Source of the DNA: Pristiophorus japonicus
Lineage: Eukaryota
DNA: 64,000 nt
Reading direction: 5' to 3'
Assembly: GCF_044704955.1 (NCBI RefSeq)
Contig: NC_091999.1
Location: 16,120,001-16,184,000 of the forward strand
Below, one piece after another: positions 60,941 through 64,000 of the stretch (position 1 is the first letter of the stretch; each line of letters begins with the position of its first letter). A model generated the notes under the pieces. It did no database searches. It saw only the letters and a program-made list of their open reading frames with translations, and was not told where the DNA came from. A program made the position numbers and the translations under genes.

Positions 60941-63900
60941 TAAGATAGAAAGATAGAAGCATAGAAAATAGGTGCAGGAGTAGGCCATTCGGCCCTTCGA
61001 GTCTGCAACACCATTCAATGAGTTCATGGCTGAACATGCAACTACAGTACCCCATTCCTGCATTCTCGCCATACTCCTTGATACCCCTAATAGTAAGGAC
61101 TACATCTAACTCCTTTTTGAATATATTTACTGAATTGGCCTCAACAACTTTCTGTGGTAGAGAATTCCACAGGTTGACCACTCTCTGGGTGAAGAAGTTT
61201 CTCCTCATCTCGGTCCTAAATGGCTTACCCCTTATCCTTAGACTGTGAGCCCTGGTTCTGGACTTTTCCAACATTGGGAACATTCTTCCTGCATCTAACC
61301 TGTCGAAACCCATCAGAATTTTAAAAGTTTCCATGAGATCACCCCCTCATTCATCTGAACTCCAGTGAATACAAGCCCAGTTGATCCACTCTTTCTTGAT
61401 AGGTCAGTCCCACCATCCCAGGAATCAGTCTGGTGAACATTCGCTCCACTCCCTCAATAGCAAGAATGTCTTTCCTCAAGTTAGGAGACCAAAACTGTAC
61501 ACAATACTCCAGGTGTGGCCTCACCAAGGCCCTGTACAACTGTAGCAACTGCCCCAGTACTCAAATCCCCTCGCTATGAAGGCCAACATGCCATTTGCTT
61601 TCTTAACCGCCTGCTGTACCTGCATGTCAACCTTCAATGACTGTTGTACCATGACACCCAGGTCTCGTTACACCTCCCCTTTTCCTAATCTGTCAACATT
61701 CAGATAATAGTCTGTCTCTCTGTTTTTACCACCAAAGTGGATAACCTCACATTTATCCATATTATACTTCATCTGCCATGTATTTGCCCACTCACCTAAC
61801 CTATCCAAGTCCCTCTGCAGTCTCATAGCATCCTCCTCGCAACTCACACTGCCACCCAACTTAGTGACATCCGCAAATTTGGAGATACTTCATTTAATCC
61901 ACTCGTCCAAATCATTAATGTACAATGTAAACAGCTGGGACCGCTGCACAGAACCTTGCGGTACCCCACTAGTCACTGCCTGCCATTCTGAAAAGTACCC
62001 ATTTACTCCTACTCTTTGCTTCCTGTCTGACAACCAGTTCTCAATCCATGTCAGCACACTACCCCCAATCCCATGTGCTTTAACTTTGCACATTAATCTC
62101 TTGTGTGGGACCTTGTCGAAAGCCTTCTGAAAGTCGAAATATACCACATCAACTGGTTCTCCCTCGTCCACTCTACTGGAAACATCCTCAAAAAATTCGA
62201 GAAGATTTATCAAGCATGATTTCCCTTTCATAAATCCATGCCAACTTGGACCTATCATGTCACCTATTTCCACATGCGCTGCTATGACATCCTAAATAAT
62301 TTATTCCATCATTTTACCCACTACTGTGGTCAGGCTGACCGGTCTATAATTCCCTGTTTTCTCTCTCCCTCCTTTTTTAAAAAGTGGGGTTACATTGGCT
62401 ACACTCCACTCGATAGGAACTGATCCAGAGTCTATGGAATGTTGGTAAATGACTGTCAATGCATCCGCTATTTCCAAGGCCACCGTCGTAGGTCCTCTGG
62501 GATGCAGTCCATCAGGCCCTGGGATTTATCGGCCTTCAATCCCATCAATTTCCCCAACACAATTTCCCGACTAATAAGGATTTCCCTCGTTTCCTCCTTC
62601 TTACTAGACCCTCTGACCCCTTTTATATCCGGAAGGTTGTTTGTGTCCTCCTTAGTGAATACCGAACCAAAGTACATATTCAATTGGTCTGCCATTTCTT
62701 TGTTCCCCGTTATGACCTCCCCTGATTCTGACTGCAGGGGACCTACGTTTGTCTTTACTAATCTTTTTCTCTTTACATATCTATAGAAACTTTTGTAGTC
62801 CGTCATAATGTTCACTGCAAGCTTCCTTTCGTACTCTATTTTCCCTGCCCTAATCAAATCCTTTGTCCTCCTCTGCTGAGTTCTAAATTTCTCCCAGTCC
62901 CCAGGTTCACTGCTATTTCTGGCCAATTTGTATGCCACTTCCTTGGCTTTAATATTATCCCTGATTTCCCTGATAGCCACGGTTCATCAACCTTCCCTTT
63001 TTTATTTTTACACCAGACAGGGATGTACAATTGTCGTAGTTCATCCATGCGGTCTCTAAATGTCTGCCATTGCCCATCCACAGTCTACCCCTTAAGTATT
63101 ATTCGCAAATCCATCCTAGCCAATTCACCCTCATATCTTCAAAGTTACCCTTCTTTAAGTCCTGGACCATGGACTCTGAATTAATTGTTTCATTCTCCAT
63201 CCTAACGTAGAGTTCCATCATATTATGGTCACTCTTCCCCAAGGGGCTTCGCACAACGAGATTGCTAATTAATCCTCTCTCATTACATAAGACCCAGTCT
63301 AAGATGGCCTCCCCCCCTAGTTGGTTCCTCGACATATTGCTCTCGAAAACCATCCATTATGCACTCCAGGAAATCCTTCTCCACCGTATTGCTTCCAGTT
63401 TGGTTAGCCCAATCTATATGCACATTAAAGTCACCCATGATAAATGCTGCACCTTTATTGCATGCACCCCTAATTTCCTGTTTGATGCGTTCCCCAACAT
63501 CACTGCTACTGTTTGGAGGTCTGTACACAACTCGCACTAACGTTTTTTGCCCTTTGATGTTCTGCAGCTCTACCCATATATATTCCACATCATCCAAGCT
63601 GATGTCCTTCCTAACTATTGCATTAATCTCCTCTTTAACCAGCAATGCTACCCCAGCTCCTTTTCCTTTTATTCTTTCCTTCCTGAATGTTGAATACCCA
63701 TGGATGTTGAGTTCCCAGCCCTGATCATCCTGGAGCCACGTCTCCGTAATCACAATCATATCATATCCGTTAACATCTATTTGCACAGTTAATTCATCCA
63801 CCTTATTCATCCTGCACTGCCACAGTACTGGCACCAGGCGTGTCGGTTTCGATTATCGGCTCAGCTCTCTCGAGCGGGGTTTAGTATCTGTGACCTTCTG

Positions 63901-64000
63901 AATCAGAGGCGAGAGTGATCCCACTGAGCCGAATCTTGAACATATCACAGCTTGTATTTTAAAATGCTGCCATTCAGCTCATCATGTCTGAAGTCCAGGG
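60941..64000 (-). mobile_element. Near-identical second copy of the CR1 plus SINE head and flank (copy of about 56325-59385)
   Basis: Same ORF fragments, truncation point and flank at an offset of about 4616-4625 bp. Confidence 0.93.

Overview
Repeat-rich vertebrate genomic DNA, almost certainly from a cartilaginous fish (shark-type IgM, DeuSINEs, CR1 LINEs). The centrepiece is a complete cluster-type IgM heavy-chain gene on the minus strand (about 24965-40740): promoter, leader, VH with a 23-RSS, D/J, CH1-CH4 with a secretory tail, and TM1/TM2. Its D and J segments are already fused in the genome: a single 12-RSS leads directly into an open D(D)J reading DCGSGYIAKDYWGQGTMVTVTA, while VH is still unrearranged about 400 bp upstream. 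The gene would therefore need only one V-to-DJ recombination, and it carries a pre-set CDR3 half containing a Cys. To its left are CR1 and RTE debris, a C2H2 zinc-finger pseudogene with a CpG/CCAAT promoter, and a Ty3/gypsy element interrupted by a two-LTR class III (ERV-S/L-like) endogenous retrovirus with a tRNA-Ser PBS and a collapsed env. To its right are 27-bp and 67-bp satellites, an old segmental duplication, a very recent CR1-containing duplication and two N gaps. All calls were made by eye; comparisons to horn and nurse shark sequences are from memory and need alignment.
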